From Paraspadella gotoi (lineage: Eukaryota > Animalia > Chaetognatha), in NCBI GenBank assembly GCA_051294375.1, contig CM119265.1, positions 5,974,227 to 6,038,226 of the forward strand: 64,000 nucleotides of DNA, read 5' to 3'. The notes beneath the pieces are model-generated. The model made no database searches, was not told the origin of the DNA, and saw only the letters and a program-made list of their open reading frames with translations. Shown one piece after another: positions 14,447 through 28,381 of the stretch. The stretch's first letter is position 1. Each line of letters opens with the position of its first letter. Position numbers and translations under genes: made by a program.

Positions 14447-17131
14447 CCCACACCACCCCGCGACGCCCCCTCTCCCAGAAGGGGAAGCCTCCGCGGAGCT
14501 CGAATCAACCCGCAACGGAATGCACGCTCCAAAAGTTCCAGACCATGGTTGAGGGGATTCTCCATGCGCCACTACGTCGGGGACCGGACCCTTCGCTGAT
14601 CGTCCGACCGCGGGATACTTGGCCCAGCACGCCGACATCGGAAGGCGGAGAGAAGATAGGGAGCAGAGAGAAGAGAGCAGCAGAGAGAGAGCAGAGTTTA
14701 TAATAGCTTAAAACGAGTCATTGCAGGGTGTTTAATCGACTTATGCAGCTTAAAGGCACTCTAAGCTCCTGCATCACACACTCGAACAGTCGAGGGGTAC
14801 AAGCTTGGCCGTTAATCGAATCTCTCTTCTCCTCCTTACTCTTCTCTTCTCGCTCTCTCTTTCTTTCCCCTGAAATAGCACTTCCCGTATCTTGGCTTAT
14901 TACCACTTCCCTTCCCCAACCGCCATTCGTCGCCGCGCTCAGCATTCCCGAAGGCAATGTCGTTCCACAATTTGGATCCGGCGTCGTCCATCGAGCGCTC
15001 GGCCATCCGCAGTCGCAGTCGGTCTGGGGGTGGGTGGGACCCCCCCCCAACAAATCCCGGGGGCGCCCCCCCCCCCCGCCGCTAAAACCGGAATCGGTTT
15101 TTTTAAGACGACGAAGCAGCGGCATATGCTTGGCGATGGTGGCGGACTGGTGGCGGTCGGTGGCGCGTCGGGTGGCGGATTGGTGGCGATAGGTGGCAGG
15201 TGCATGGCGAATGGTTGGCCGCATTTGGTGGCGGAGGTGGAACGAAAGTGCGCGAATAGGCGGCAGAATGGCGGGACGATGCGGCCGATAACGATGCGTG
15301 CGATGGTGGCCGGTTCGATGGTGTGCGGATTGGGCGATAGGTGGCGATGGTGGGCACGGTGGCTGGCGAATCCAGGTGGCTAGGTAAGGATCGCGCGATA
15401 GGGTGGCAGTGGCCGCAACGTGATGCATCGGACGTTGAAGGAGCTAGTGACCAACTCGAAATCGCCGGAGGCGCTTGTGTGGGCGAGGGGTATCCCCACG
15501 GCGAAGGCAGGTCGTCCAAGTGTGGAAGGAGCGATCATGTAAGGAGTACTCGCCTTTGCCAACCGCGGGGACTGGGGGGGGACGACAACCGCAAAAACGC
15601 ACATCTGGATTTTTGTTTCTTTAGCATGAGGATGAAGAAAGGGACAAGAAGTAAGTTTTGAATAGAATGATATTTTTGACTTCGTGATTACAAATTAATA
15701 AACTGAACCTTTGTGTTAATCACCAACGAAGTACGTGACCATTGCTTCTAGGAAAATTTAGTAAGCGCGAGAACTTACATTTTTCTTTTCATTAGATTAA
15801 TGATTCAATTTTAACGAAACTCATGAAAATTGTAAGCATTGTATATACTGTTTTTAAAAAATAACAACAGATTAAAATATACTGAGGTAGATTCAAACTA
15901 GTGCTCCATCTACTCTCCACACCTATGTCTCGACTTTCAACTTCATCTCAATCTCTCTTCCGGTCTCTCCGCTCCATCTGAATCGAAAAAGCCAATAAAG
16001 CGACCGCGTCTGACTTTTCCCTCACCTTCGCAGCGACGAGTTCAACAGCTTTCCACGGCAGTCCAACGGCTTACACTTCTCACGCTTTTTTTGATTCAAC
16101 TCTTTTTCACAGCTCCGCGCCATTCGGCAACTTATGCGATGCTTCTCTCTCTCTCTCCACTTCTCTTTCCTCGCTCATCTCTCGTCTCTCTCTCTCTACT
16201 CTCTCTCACTACTCTCTCTCATCGCTCTCATCCTCAATCTTCGCTTTTCACTCGATCTCAGTCGTCACACTTCTCTTGCCGAAGCGTGAACGCCTTCAAC
16301 GAAGTAGGTAGCTTTCAACAGATGGATCGGAATGATATGAAGGAATTGATAACCAAAATCAACCAGTTAAACGTAGAAGTTATGACTATAGTGACTAATA
16401 CAGTGTAATATAAGTTACTAATTAAGTATAACGTTAGAACGCGATCATGACTTAATAAGCTAAGAGAATCCGTATGACGTCAAAAGTGAGAGTTCTGGCG
16501 GAAGACGTCGAACGCTTCGAAATTTTAAAACAGAAAAAAAAAAAGTAAGTTCGAAACGGGCCAAGTTACTATTCAGTCCTCAGTCCTCACCCTTCACACC
16601 CCATCATCCGCAGTCCACACCTCAGCCTTCTCATCTTTCTTCCTCTTCCCCTTCAAACTCCCCCCCCCAATTCCTCGCACGGTCGTCGTAAGGTCACGTC
16701 GCTCGCGGGCCAAAATCGGTCAGCAGCGAAATACGACGCCAGACTACGTGACGAGAAAACTCACCAGCGTGTAAGGCAAGCCCGCGCCATCTATCGCACG
16801 CTCGACTTCTTTTACCCGAATTTTTCACCTTTCGTGTTGGTTTTTTTTTTCGCTCTCGAAAGATTCCCAAAAGAGTTCCGTTTTACAAGAGCTTATTATA
16901 NNNNNNNNNNNNNNNNNNNNNNNNNAATATAATGTCACTTGAGCTGCTACAATAGTTTAGTATTCTCACCTCATTTTCATTTCCGATTTTTTAAAGATTT
17001 CTATATATCGATATTGTCTTTAAAACTTACTCGGACGTCAACTAATCGGAGGTCATCTCTTCCCTTCCCTCATATATATATTATATAATATATATTCTTA
17101 ACCCTAAAAATTTCCCTCCTCTCTTTTCCAG

Positions 17132-17280
17132 TAAAGAAGAAATCTCGGTCAGTTTCGCGTACATCCGCCTGGCCGGGACCGGTGGCCAAGCCGGAAGAAA
17201 TCTCTCGCCGGAAAGAAAGAGTACTTTCGGTTTATGACCTGGCGGCGGCGATCGAAGTCTTTTTGCACGCGAAGACTTAA
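17132..17280 (+). CDS. Candidate terminal exon of an unidentified spliced gene
   Basis: Polypyrimidine tract plus TTCCAG acceptor, then an open frame KKKSRSVSRTSAWPGPVAKPEEISRRKERVLSVYDLAAAIEVFLHAKT ending in TAA. Exon-like pieces with GT donors lie upstream (about 16470-16545 and 16724-16770). No recognisable homology. Confidence 0.3.
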
Positions 17281-17467
17281 ATTTGAACTCTCTTTTCCTT
17301 AATGCCTGAACTTAAATGAATATTTAATCCTATTTCTTAACCCTAAATCTGAACTTGAACCTAATCCTTAACCCTAACCCTAGACCCCTCGTCTCTAACC
17401 TTAACCTTAACCCAAACCGTAAACAGTCGGGTGCTCCTGAAATTTGTATCCTCGACGCCTCAATTAA

Positions 17468-17541
<74 letters not shown>

Positions 17542-20073
17542 CCTCTCCCTATCTCTCCCCCTTTTTTTGGTCCAGTGGTCCTCTTCTTTCCTATAACCAG
17601 TATAACCTGGCTCCCCCTTTCGATTCGAACTCCCATTCTCACTTCGTTATTATCAGCGATTACAATTTCACCGCAATTCTATTGTTTTTTATTTTGTTTA
17701 CTACGCTATTATATTATAATTTCTTTAACACTTTTTTTTCTTTTTCCTTTTCCCTTTCGATTCTACTAGTTGCTATCCTCTCAATTTCCCTCTTTTCCTT
17801 TTTTTTCATTTCCACCGCTAAAATCTTTCCCCTTTCCCTCATCACGTTCATCCCCCTTTTCTCCCCCAACCCTGCTCTTCCTCCTCTTCCTCCTCTTACT
17901 CTTCCTCGATGTTTTGACCGAGCGAATCCCCCGGAGGATCACGTGACCTTTGCGTGCGTCTGCGCGCGAAATCGCACGCGTCTAATGGATGGTCGCACGT
18001 GGACCCCGATTCAGCCTTTGACCTGAGAGAAGGAAAATAAAAAAGATGAGGGGGGAAATAAAATCACGAATGAAAGTTTATCGTCGCGTTAAAATCCTTG
18101 TAGTAGAACGAAAATAATTTTTTTTTTAAAAAGTCACCGACTTATTAGTAAGTCATAATAATGATAAACACATTTTAATCCACCCTGTCGTTTTCAACAT
18201 TTCAATTTCTAATTACAAAATTATTAATTTTTTTGTTAGGGTTCAAAAAAAATTCCATTTTCAGGATTTATTTTTCAGTTGATCTGACACTTTATAATTA
18301 AATATCGTAAAAAAATATTCTATTTCGTCAAGATCAATAATAAACAATGTAGAAAAAGAGGTTTGACTTTTATCTAAAAAAAAAAAAAATTAAAATCAAG
18401 ATGCTTTGAAACTCGATGCGTTTTGTGTTCCACAAAAAAATATAACGGGAGACTTCGGTAGTGGCGGCTTTTTTTATGGCGCCTCCTTTTCTTCCCCTCG
18501 TCTCTGCTTTTTTTTTATNNNNNNNNNNNNNNNNNNNNNNNNNAAATAGAGAGAGATAGATTTTTTTGGATGTATAATTTAATGTTGTGGTAACAACATA
18601 GCAATCAAAAAATTCAATTGGGCCAATCGTGCAAAGACGCATGAAAATAATAATTCGTACTAATGTACTGAAAAAAATCGAAATAACGTTTAATAGAAAA
18701 TGGCAAGAGGTATGTTTAAAGACAGATATTTGCCAAAATTACGGTAGAATGCCTCAAGTGCAGACTGCTCCAACAGAGTGTTGGTCATAAAACCACTGTG
18801 GGCGAAGGGAAGGGGACATCGTGGAAAGTTGTGGATAAGGGAGGTCGGACTTCGGGTGGAGGGGGTCGGACGTGGTAAGGGGGGAGGGAAGAGAAGGAGA
18901 ATGCAAGGCGGGGAGGCAATGATGACGATGGATGACGAATATAAAATAGGCACCACCGAGAAAAAACCGAGTACTCAGCCGACGCGATCGACGACGACGG
19001 ACGACGAACGACGAGAAATCGTGTTTCTCGAAGCCGACATAAAAGACCACCCAGAAAGATTGGATATCCTGATAAACCAGGAATTATCCCCTCCCCCTCC
19101 GCATTAGATTTCCTGGTCCACTGAATTGCCACTCCCACAAACCCTCAAGCTGTGACCCACTGTCTCAAGCCAGCAACGCCTCTCACCAAAATTTTGGAAA
19201 AAGTTTTTTTCTTTTATTTCTCTAAAAAGTTTTCCCTAAAATGTAATGAGATTAGATTTATTTTTGGATGCTTCATGGATTTTCTTTATTTGCTGCTAAA
19301 TTTCAAATGTGGATTTAATGATACAGAAACAGGCAATAGTACTACTGAAAAAAAAACATAGATAGTAACTAAGTTGGAGACTCAAAGCGTTGTTTCATGG
19401 TATGTACTATAAACAGTAAAATTTCATTTTTATTAGCACAAAATACTCTATGAAGCTATGAAAAAATCGGACGGTCGGACGCTCAGAACGGAGACTTGGT
19501 TTCTGCAGTCTAATGTTGCAGTCATAACTCATATTCATATAATTTCGTTTAAATACAACCGAAGCGACGCAAGGTTGCATCGTTGTCGGCGTTGTAAACA
19601 TTTTATAGGAGTTTATTGGAGTTTATTGGAGTTTNNNNNNNNNNNNNNNNNNNNNNNNNNNNNNNNNNNNNNNNNNNNNNNNNNNNNNNNNNNNNNNNNN
19701 NNNNNNNNNNNNNNNNNNNNNNNNNNNNNNNNNNNNNNNNNNNNNNNNNNNNNNNNNNNNNNNNNNNNNNNNNNNNNNNNNNNNNNNNNNNNNNNNNNNN
19801 NNNNNNNNNNNNNNNNNNNNNNNAGAGAGAGAGAGAGAATACAAGTAACGAGGTTCACGTAAACCGTGAAGGGTCAGAGACTCATTTTAAGAGAATTGTA
19901 AAATTTTATGACGGTCTACGACTTTTGACGATTCGGCTGATAAAATTAGCGATGGTTGGAGATAACATTCGCGAAAAGATTTGTCAACTAGAGAATCTGT
20001 AATTCAAGTACTAATTATAAAACCGATGGCAAAAATTTGCACAGAAAGTGAAAATTTTAGATATTTTTCATCC

Positions 20074-23000
20074 TCACAATTTCACAACCATAATTTGCAA
20101 CATTGGTCCAGAATTACGAGTTTTATCCCCGTTAATCCCCCGAAAATCGTCGTTAATGTTGTCTTCGTTTTTGATGAGATTTAAAGATTCTGCTTGGAGC
20201 CGTGATCTCAAATAAATCCCCACCACCGTCGACTTCGGAGTGGCTCGTCGAAAGCATCGGCGATAAGAGATTGAGCGGACAGTCGAAGGATCGCTTCGAC
20301 TCCCAAGACGGCCGTCGAATCCCCGGGGAAAACCGTCCGGCCTCCGGGCCTCCCGTCCCCCACTCGATCGACGAAGGCCAAGTTGGTGAAGAATTGGGGA
20401 TGAGTCGACGTTGGCCCCTAGTCTCCTAGATAATGGCCAGGCCCTCGCCAAGGGTGGCGTCCACCAAGGCGGAAGCCACGCGATGTGGGGCGACATTTTG
20501 GGGTGTTGAGGGGGAAGGAGGGCGTTGACCCCTTCTTCGGTCAAAGACGCCGACAAACTCGATTAGACCGACGAAGTTGAGATTGTCTCTCTCTCTNNNN
20601 NNNNNNNNNNNNNNNNNNNNNNNNNNNNNNNNNNNNNNNNNNNNNNNNNNNNNNNNNNNNNNNNNNNNNNNNNNNNNNNNNNNNNNNNNNNNNNNNNNNN
20701 NNNNNNNNNNNNNNNNNNNNNNNNNNNNNNNNNNNNNNNNNNNNNNNNNNNNNNNNNNNNNNNNNNNNNNNNNNNNNNNNNNNNNNNNNNNNNNNNNNNN
20801 NNNNNNNNTGATCATCATCTCATCTCTCCCGCGAAAGTACCTTATTATTTTGGGTTGATTACAATCATTTTTCTTTTTCACCCAAAAAAAGTTTTCATTT
20901 TCTATCTATAAATAATAACTTCGAGGCTTCTAACATTTCCTTCTCTTCCCCTTTCAAAAACCCCGCAGCCAAAAACCCACGAAGCCGCGCATTAAAGTAG
21001 TTCGGCCAATNNNNNNNNNNNNNNNNNNNNNNNNNNNNNNNNNNNNNNNNNNNNNNNNNNNNNNNNNNNNNNNNNNNNNNNNNNNNNNNNNNNNNNNNNN
21101 NNNNNNNNNNNNNNNNNNNNNNNNNNNNNNNNNNNNNNNNNNNNNNNNNNNNNNNNNNNNNNNNNNNNNNNNNNNNNNNNNNNNNNNNNNNNNNNNNNNN
21201 NNNNNNNNNNNNNNNNNNNNNNNNNNNNNNNNNNNNNNNNNNNNNNNNNNNNNNNNNNNNNNNNNNNNNNNNNNNNNNNNNNNNNNNNNNNNNNNNNNNN
21301 NNNNNNNNNNNNNNNNNNNNNNNNNNNNNNNNNNNNNNNNNNNNNNNNNNNNNNNNNNNNNNNNNNNNNNNNNNNNNNNNNNNNNNNNNNNNNNNNNNNN
21401 NNNNNNNNNNNNNNNNNNNNNNNNNNNNNNNNNNNNNNNNNNNNNNNNNNNNNNNNNNNNNNNNNNNNNNNNNNNNNNNNNNNNNNNNNNNNNNNNNNNN
21501 NNNNNNNNNNNNNNNNNNNNNNNNNNNNNNNNNNNNNNNNNNNNNNNNNNNNNNNNNNNNNNNNNNNNNNNNNNNNNNNNNNNNNNNNNNNNNNNNNNNN
21601 NNNNNNNNNNNNNNNNNNNNNNNNNNNNNNNNNNNNNNNNNNNNNNNNNNNNNNNNNNNNNNNNNNNNNNNNNNNNNNNNNNNNNNNNNNNNNNNNNNNN
21701 NNNNNNNNNNNNNNNNNNNNNNNNNNNNNNNNNNNAAACGAACTCAAGAAAACTGTGGGGAGTTGAGGAGATCCCTCGGAGAGAAAAGAGGCTGATGAAG
21801 CCGAGGACCTCTCGGAGAGGGGGGTTGGCACCGGGCACTGGGGTGCGGCAGGAGGGGGTTGAGGTAAGAGGGGTCTGAAGTTAAGAGAGAAGAATGAACA
21901 GAGGGAAATGGGGCATAGGCTTTGAAGAGAAAAATGAAGAAGCGAGGGGTCGTCAGAGGAGCAAGAAAGTAGGGAGTCCCAAATGCGGAGTGTGGAAGGG
22001 AGTCATTTTTAGAAATAATGCGTTCTTGGTTCTAGAAAACAAGATGTGGGCAGTGAACTGAGAAGAGAGGCGTGCGAAGTGGGCAGTTGGGCGTGAAAAG
22101 TGAAAATGAGGGAGAATTAAGATTAAAGAATTAAGGTTTAAAGAAGACTGCTAAATGTAGAAGAGTAACGAGGAAGGAAAGCGCAACTGAGATATTCGAG
22201 ATTTCCAGAGAATAAGTGATGGCGACTAAGAAGTAAAGGGCCTCGTCGCCCTTGGCGGCCCGACGTTATTGGTATTAGATGCGGCGGCTGTGGCGGCGAA
22301 GGCCGCAGCGGCGTCCGCTGAGGCGGCGGAGACAGCGGCAGCAAACTCGTTGAAGTCCACGAGTTNNNNNNNNNNNNNNNNNNNNNNNNNNNNNNNNNNN
22401 NNNNNNNNNNNNNNNNNNNNNNNNNNNNNNNNNNNNNNNNNNNNNNNNNNNNNNNNNNNNNNNNNNNNNNNNNNNNNNNNNNNNNNNNNNNNNNNNNNNN
22501 NNNNNNNNNNNNNNNNNNNNNNNNNNNNNNNNNNNNNNNNNNNNNNNNNNNNNNNNNNNNNNNNNNNNNNNNNNNNNNNNNNNNNNNNNNNNGGGGAAAA
22601 AAAGTGAGAGAGCGAGAGAATATTTCCCCGGGGACCAGTTCGTTTGCTTCGGTCGGCGCCGAATCCCAACGAAAAATATTCTTTTCCACTTTTTTCCTTT
22701 GGTTTTTCTTCTTTTATCTCTACTTTTCTGTCAGTTAGTACAGTTATGGGGTTTTCTGAGTTTTTGTGTCACGTTTGAGTTATAAAAACTTGGTACAGCA
22801 TGAAAAAAGTAAAGCTCAACAAGGTTTTTTATATTTGGTATATTACAGCGATTCCGGTAACGGATGTTAAAACATAACGAATTATACAGACTAAAACGTA
22901 ATAAACTTGAATATTGAAATCTCATATCATATGCCTCTTCTCAGTCTTGAAAAAAACTTCTCCGCCNNNNNNNNNNNNNNNNNNNNNNNNNNNNNNNNNN

Positions 23001-25428
23001 NNNNNNNNNNNNNNNNNNNNNNNNNNNNNNNNNNNNNNNNNNNNNNNNNNNNNNNNNNNNNNNNNNNNNNNNNNNNNNNNNNNNNNNNNNNNNNNNNNNN
23101 NNNNNNNNNNNNNNNNNNNNNNNNNNNNNNNNNNNNNNNNNNNNNNNNNNNNNNNNNNNNNNNNNNNNNNNNTGCGGTCACCTCAGGGTTCGGCTCCTCA
23201 GCCAAAACTACCACCCATGAATAAACTGGGCTTCATGAGTACTTTTTTACTCCGTTTNNNNNNNNNNNNNNNNNNNNNNNNNNNNNNNNNNNNNNNNNNN
23301 NNNNNNNNNNNNNNNNNNNNNNNNNNNNNNNNNNNNNNNNNNNNNNNNNNNNNNNNNNNNNNNNNNNNNNNNNNNNNNNNNNNNNNNNNNNNNNNNNNNN
23401 NNNNNNNNNNNNNNNNNNNNNNNNNNNNNNNNNNNNNNNNNNNNNNNNNNNNNNNNNNNNNNNNNNNNNNNNNNNNNNNNNNNNNNNNNNNNNNNNNNNN
23501 NNNNNNNNNNNNNNNNNNNNNNNTCCCCCGAATTCTCGTTTCAAATTTCCCGAATTCCCAGCATCGAACGAATTTCGCTCGAATCGAATTCCGCGCGGAA
23601 AAAAGAAACGAGAGAAACGCGGGGAAAAACATCGCGATTAAAATCGCTCATCAAACTCGTGGGGGCAAGAAAAAGAAAACAAAACAAAAAAAAAGAAATA
23701 AATTATATTTTAAAAAGGTTTCGTGTTTGTTGTTTATTATTTCGTCGTTAATTTGAAGGATAAAAATTATACGTAGAGCAACTAAAGCTTTCTTTCTTCG
23801 GTTCTTTATACTATAATGGAATGAAAAAAGAAGCACCTGATTTGGTGAACATTTATCGGTAGACTCAGTTTTTTTATGACTTCTTACTTATCAAGAATTT
23901 CGTGGGCTTCAATTCGAGCGAAAGGTTTTAGAGATCGAAAGCGATCGAGAAAAGGAGACGGACGGAAGAAAAGAAAAGAAAGAGGAGAAGAGAAGTAAGA
24001 AGAGAAAGAGAAGAGAGGAAAATCGAGAAGATCCCCGCGATGCGAGGTGCTTGAAAAATAAAGAATCCCCGTCGGGGGTATTGTTGTTGTTGTTGTTTCG
24101 GATCCAAAATCGTCTGACGCCATCGTCGAGGAATTCTCCGTCTTCATATTTCCTCCCGCCTTTTCTTTTTCAAATACATCGCCAATTTCTTCGTCGCCTT
24201 CCCTAACTTCCTCAATCCTCATATTTACTACGATTTCTTGCGCTATGACGCCATCTTTATTTTCCCTGCCCATTTCTGCACTGCATTCACAAACCTAACA
24301 CTCTACCTTCTTTACTATTTCTTCATTTTTTTAAACCACTATTTCTACATTCTTAGCCGCCTTTAAAAATTTATCCGCAAATATCCATCTTCATATTCCC
24401 TGCAACTGTCTTAACCCCTTTAACAAATTTCTTTTACATATCTTACCTCCTTCTTATGTGTCATACAATTTTCTTTGCCTTCTTTACGCTACTAACTTAT
24501 TTGCTATTCAACTTATTTACAAACTTATCTGCCTTTGCCTTGTTTGATATCCTACTAAATTTTTTGCCTCCTTTATTAACCTATACATATTTCCTACAGC
24601 CTTTTTAAATTTATTTTACTACCTTTTTTCGCTAAGACCCTCGTTTTCCGTTTTCCTACCGTCACCATCTCTTTCGCCATCTTCGTGTCCGCCATCACCG
24701 CCGATGCCATCAGCGCCATCTCATTCCCTTCTCTAAACGTCCTTGGATTTTTACCGTCGACGCCTTCCGCTTTGAAGACAAGCTTTCCTCGCTCCTCCCT
24801 CTCCGCAGAGTTGCGTCTCTCCAGTCTGCCCGTGATTTCGATTTCGTTTCTCTCCTTCTCTCCATCGGTATCAAGTCAAAGTTCACCACATCTCCATCAC
24901 TCCCTCGAGTCAGCCGTCACTCCGTCCTCTCTCGGCAGTAAAACCTCACCCGACTTCACCTTTCCCCCTCCTCCCCAACCTTCGCCCCCCCACCCATTTT
25001 TTTTCCCGATGATCTCTTACGATAACATTTCGCACGCCATTAAACTTGTTTTGATTCAAACGGAAGAAGATCTTTCTTCTCCCTCCCCCCCTTTTTGGCG
25101 AAATGAAAAAAGAGAAATTTAATTCGAAAGACGAAATTTCCAAGAATTCAGGATCATCTTTTAATTCTTTATTAAAAAAAATTATTTTGGAGGATATAAG
25201 AAAAAACCGGAGGCGTCGAAGTCTTAAAAATAGAACTGGAGACGGTTTCGATGTTTTCTTCCGTCGTCGTCGTTGTTGTTGTTGTTGTTGTTGTTTCCAA
25301 AATCGAGGCAGTAGTTTCTCGCTTAATAATAATATACCGAGCAGTTGTGGAGTAGGTAAAGAACCGTTGTTAAAACCAAAAGCGTAAATAGTCAGTTGAG
25401 TGTGTTGTAACAAAAAAGTCCTCACCAT
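20074..25428 (-). other. Fragments of a possible large low-complexity (Thr/Ser/Ala-rich, mucin-like) gene, broken by N-gaps and sequence errors
   Basis: Possible ATG|GTGAGG donor at 25428 spliced to TTAAG| giving RETTASILETTTTTTT...EENIETVSSS. Further minus-strand coding-like segments are SDDFGSETTTTTIPPTG (about 24100), DFNEFAAAVSAASADAAAAFAATAAAS (about 22300) and SERSSASSASFLSEGSPQLPT (about 21780). Confidence 0.3.
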
Positions 25429-25609
25429 TTACGAACAATTTTTAAAAACAAAAAAATACTAAAACTGTCGGTTAAGTAACAAATTTATTTATCGAGAATG
25501 TATTGATATAAAAGCGCGACTAAAAAAATAATACTGCAGACAATGGCTTTAATAAATCAAACAATTGAACGAGAGCAAAAATACGGCGTCTAAGGCTGCA
25601 ACGACCGCA

Positions 25610-25644
25610 TTAAATATATACTTGATCGACTGCCGCATATATTA

Positions 25645-25684
<40 letters not shown>

Positions 25685-27187
25685 CTCTCCTCTCTCTCTC
25701 TTCTCCTCTCTCTCTCCTCTCTTTCCTTCCAAATACTCGCTCTCTCTCGTCATCTGCACCACATTCTCGTTCTTTCTCGACGACGGCGACGCCCCTTCCG
25801 GGGAGCCGGGGATGGCGCTGTCGGGGACGCCGTACTTCCGCGCCACGCTGCGAAGCTCCGCCGCTTCAGCTTCGAGTTTAGCGTTGGAAGCCTTGAGACG
25901 GTCCACCTCTACCTGCAAAGCCTCTTGGATGTCTGGAAGAGAATTTTATTGAATTATTGGCCGATTAGCTTTCTGTACCGATTTATTAAATGGATTGATT
26001 GATTTGATTGATTGATAGATCCGATCGATAACCTTTCTGCTTTTTGAGCTTAGCCAAGTTCCGCGTCCTCAGACCCTGAATGATCCCGTTGAGCACTCTG
26101 GCCACTCTCCACAGACGAAGGATGACGATGAGTTCGAATCCGCGGACGGAAGACTCGGAGTGGATGAAGGCGACGTCGAGACACCAGGCCACCAGCACCA
26201 CCACCGCATCGAACACCTGGCAAAAGGGGGATTGGGTAGAAACGACTTCAGTGGCCACCAAGAGAACGAAGAGGAAAAAATCGAGGACGAAAACGATGAC
26301 TACGACAACTAAATCATGGAAATCAGAAATGGAATGAAATATAGAAATTGTCTTTCTGCTCAACTGATGTTGAAAACGGACAAATTATGAAACCAAAAGG
26401 AAATAAATATCGCCAAAAAAAAGACCGCTTAGTGATCTGAGGGACAGACGCATATTTTGTGTAATTTTTTTTTTTTTTTATCTAACCACTCACTTCGAAT
26501 TTTTGCTTTAAAAACTCCAGTTGAAAAATGTAAATCTTGAGGAAGATTTCCAACATAAAAATGTTCAAAATGGTGAAAGACGTAACGTGGAAGAAAACAG
26601 CCAAGCCGGGGACGTTCTCTCCAAGCGATAAAGCCTAAAAAACCAGAGGAATTAAATTGTAACTTTATAAAATTGTAATAAAATACAATTCACGTTTCAA
26701 TTTTACTTATTTTATTTTATTTACAGTCAAGAAATAGTCCGAGATTAAAGTTAAAGTTGTTTCAAAAAGAGTTAACATTTCATTTTTTATACTAAAATGA
26801 ATTCATATATTTTATTATAAAGTTTTTAATTATTTTAATTTAATGACTGTCCTATGACAAAAAGACCTTGAGGTCGACGAGAAGCTCCAAGACGACGAAG
26901 ACGCAGTCGAGCACAACCAGGATGAGCACGCAAACCTGGAACAGGTTTGACTCGACTAGTCTCTCCAAGTTTGCTCGGTGAAAGAAGGCAGCGAGTCTGT
27001 CGCTCAGCGGAGCAGCAGCGGCGGGGTCTGCAGCGGCGGGGTCGGGGACAGTTGCGGAAACGGTGGCCGGATCGGATGTTGAAGGGGTGGTGGATTTGAT
27101 CGCTTCTAATTTAGGGGGCGGATCTAAAAAAGAGAATAAGGTTTATGGTTGAAATTTTGTCTTTTCACTCATTATATNNNNNNNNNN

Positions 27188-27223
<36 letters not shown>

Positions 27224-27629
27224 AAGAACTATACTATAATCCACTTCCGACTTTAAACAATTTATTAAATAATTTTCACACATCTAAGTAGAAAGTTATT
27301 ATCAACGAAAATTCTAAATTAAAGTATATTTGATAAATGACACACTTTTATCAGCTTATATTTTTCATGAGCCCGTTATTGTGATACAGTTACTGCCTCG
27401 ATGTTGATCCATTGACTATTTTTATCGACTATTTAAATTTTAAATAAACTTTTTAATGTTTTTATAGAATGGATAATCGGATATTTATTTTTTATGAATA
27501 ATTAATTTTGAAAATCAGACTAAAGTTAATTGATAATGCTTAATGCTCACCGTCGTCATCTTCGTAAATTTCGAAGTCATTTTTAATTATTTTATCCAAA
27601 TCCTCTTTCATTTTAAGAAAGTTTTCCAT
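25610..27629 (-). CDS. HVCN1: Voltage-gated proton channel Hv1
   Basis: Five exons, all GT-AG and in frame: 27629-27551, 27123-26867, 26634-26494, 26216-26033, 25932-25610. S1 FQVCVLILVVLDCVFVVLELLVD has the selectivity-filter Asp; S2 IFMLEIFLK; S3 FDAVVV; S4 LRLWRVARVLNG is the Hv signature; C-terminal coiled coil. The stop position is uncertain because the frame runs through an AG microsatellite. Confidence 0.93.
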
Positions 27630-28312
27630 TTTTGTTGTTGATTTCTTCAAATTTCGATGTCGATAAATAACTTCGAGTCGATGTTTTTTGTTTTTTTTTT
27701 CTTCTATAAAAAAATCACTCGGATAAAAAAAATATCGATATGAACGATTTTATCTTTGATCTCGGATCGTTGATCGGCTGATTGTGATATTTGACCCCGG
27801 GCATAAAAGACGAGGCCAAAAATATATTATAAGTTGTCTCGGTACAAACTATGTTAAAACGAGGGCGCGTTTTTTCAAAAAAGTAGACAGACTACGCAGA
27901 CGACGAAAATCACGACGTTGACGACGACCGAGATGACGATGTTAACGACGATGTTGACGAAAAAGACTCGTCAATCACGGCCCGTCTATTCTTCGCTTTC
28001 TTCTTCCAACCCGAACGCCGTCGATGGCAAGACCCCGAAAACAACCAGTTGTGAGAAAGTCCTACAGTTCTGGCACCCAACGAATAATTTTAAAAAGCAT
28101 TCACTATGCTTTTTTTGTTAAGAAAGAAAAAAATGATATGAACCGTCATAAATTATCGTAGAACGAGGTCGATGTTTTTACGCTTTTCTGCCAATATTCT
28201 ATTTATTGGATATTTATTTTGAAAGGAAATGAAAGCTGTAGTAAATACGAGAAAGGGAAACCTAGGGACGGAGAAATATTTGGGGCAGATGATTTACACA
28301 AACACGTACCAG

Positions 28313-28381
<69 letters not shown>

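Larger units (their letters stand above)
7260..16622 (+). repeat. Tandem segmental duplication, copy B (indel-rich, carries a 4.7-kb extra insertion)
   Basis: Colinear with 2877-7257 but full of 1-bp indels typical of uncorrected long reads. Interrupted at 9776-14446. Confidence 0.85.

Noticed and set aside
17335-17420. Telomere-like (TAACCC) hexamers
   Set aside because: Short and degenerate; a common low-complexity motif rather than an interstitial telomere.
19458-23756. Long ORFs containing X runs
   Set aside because: They stay open only because they cross assembly N-gaps.
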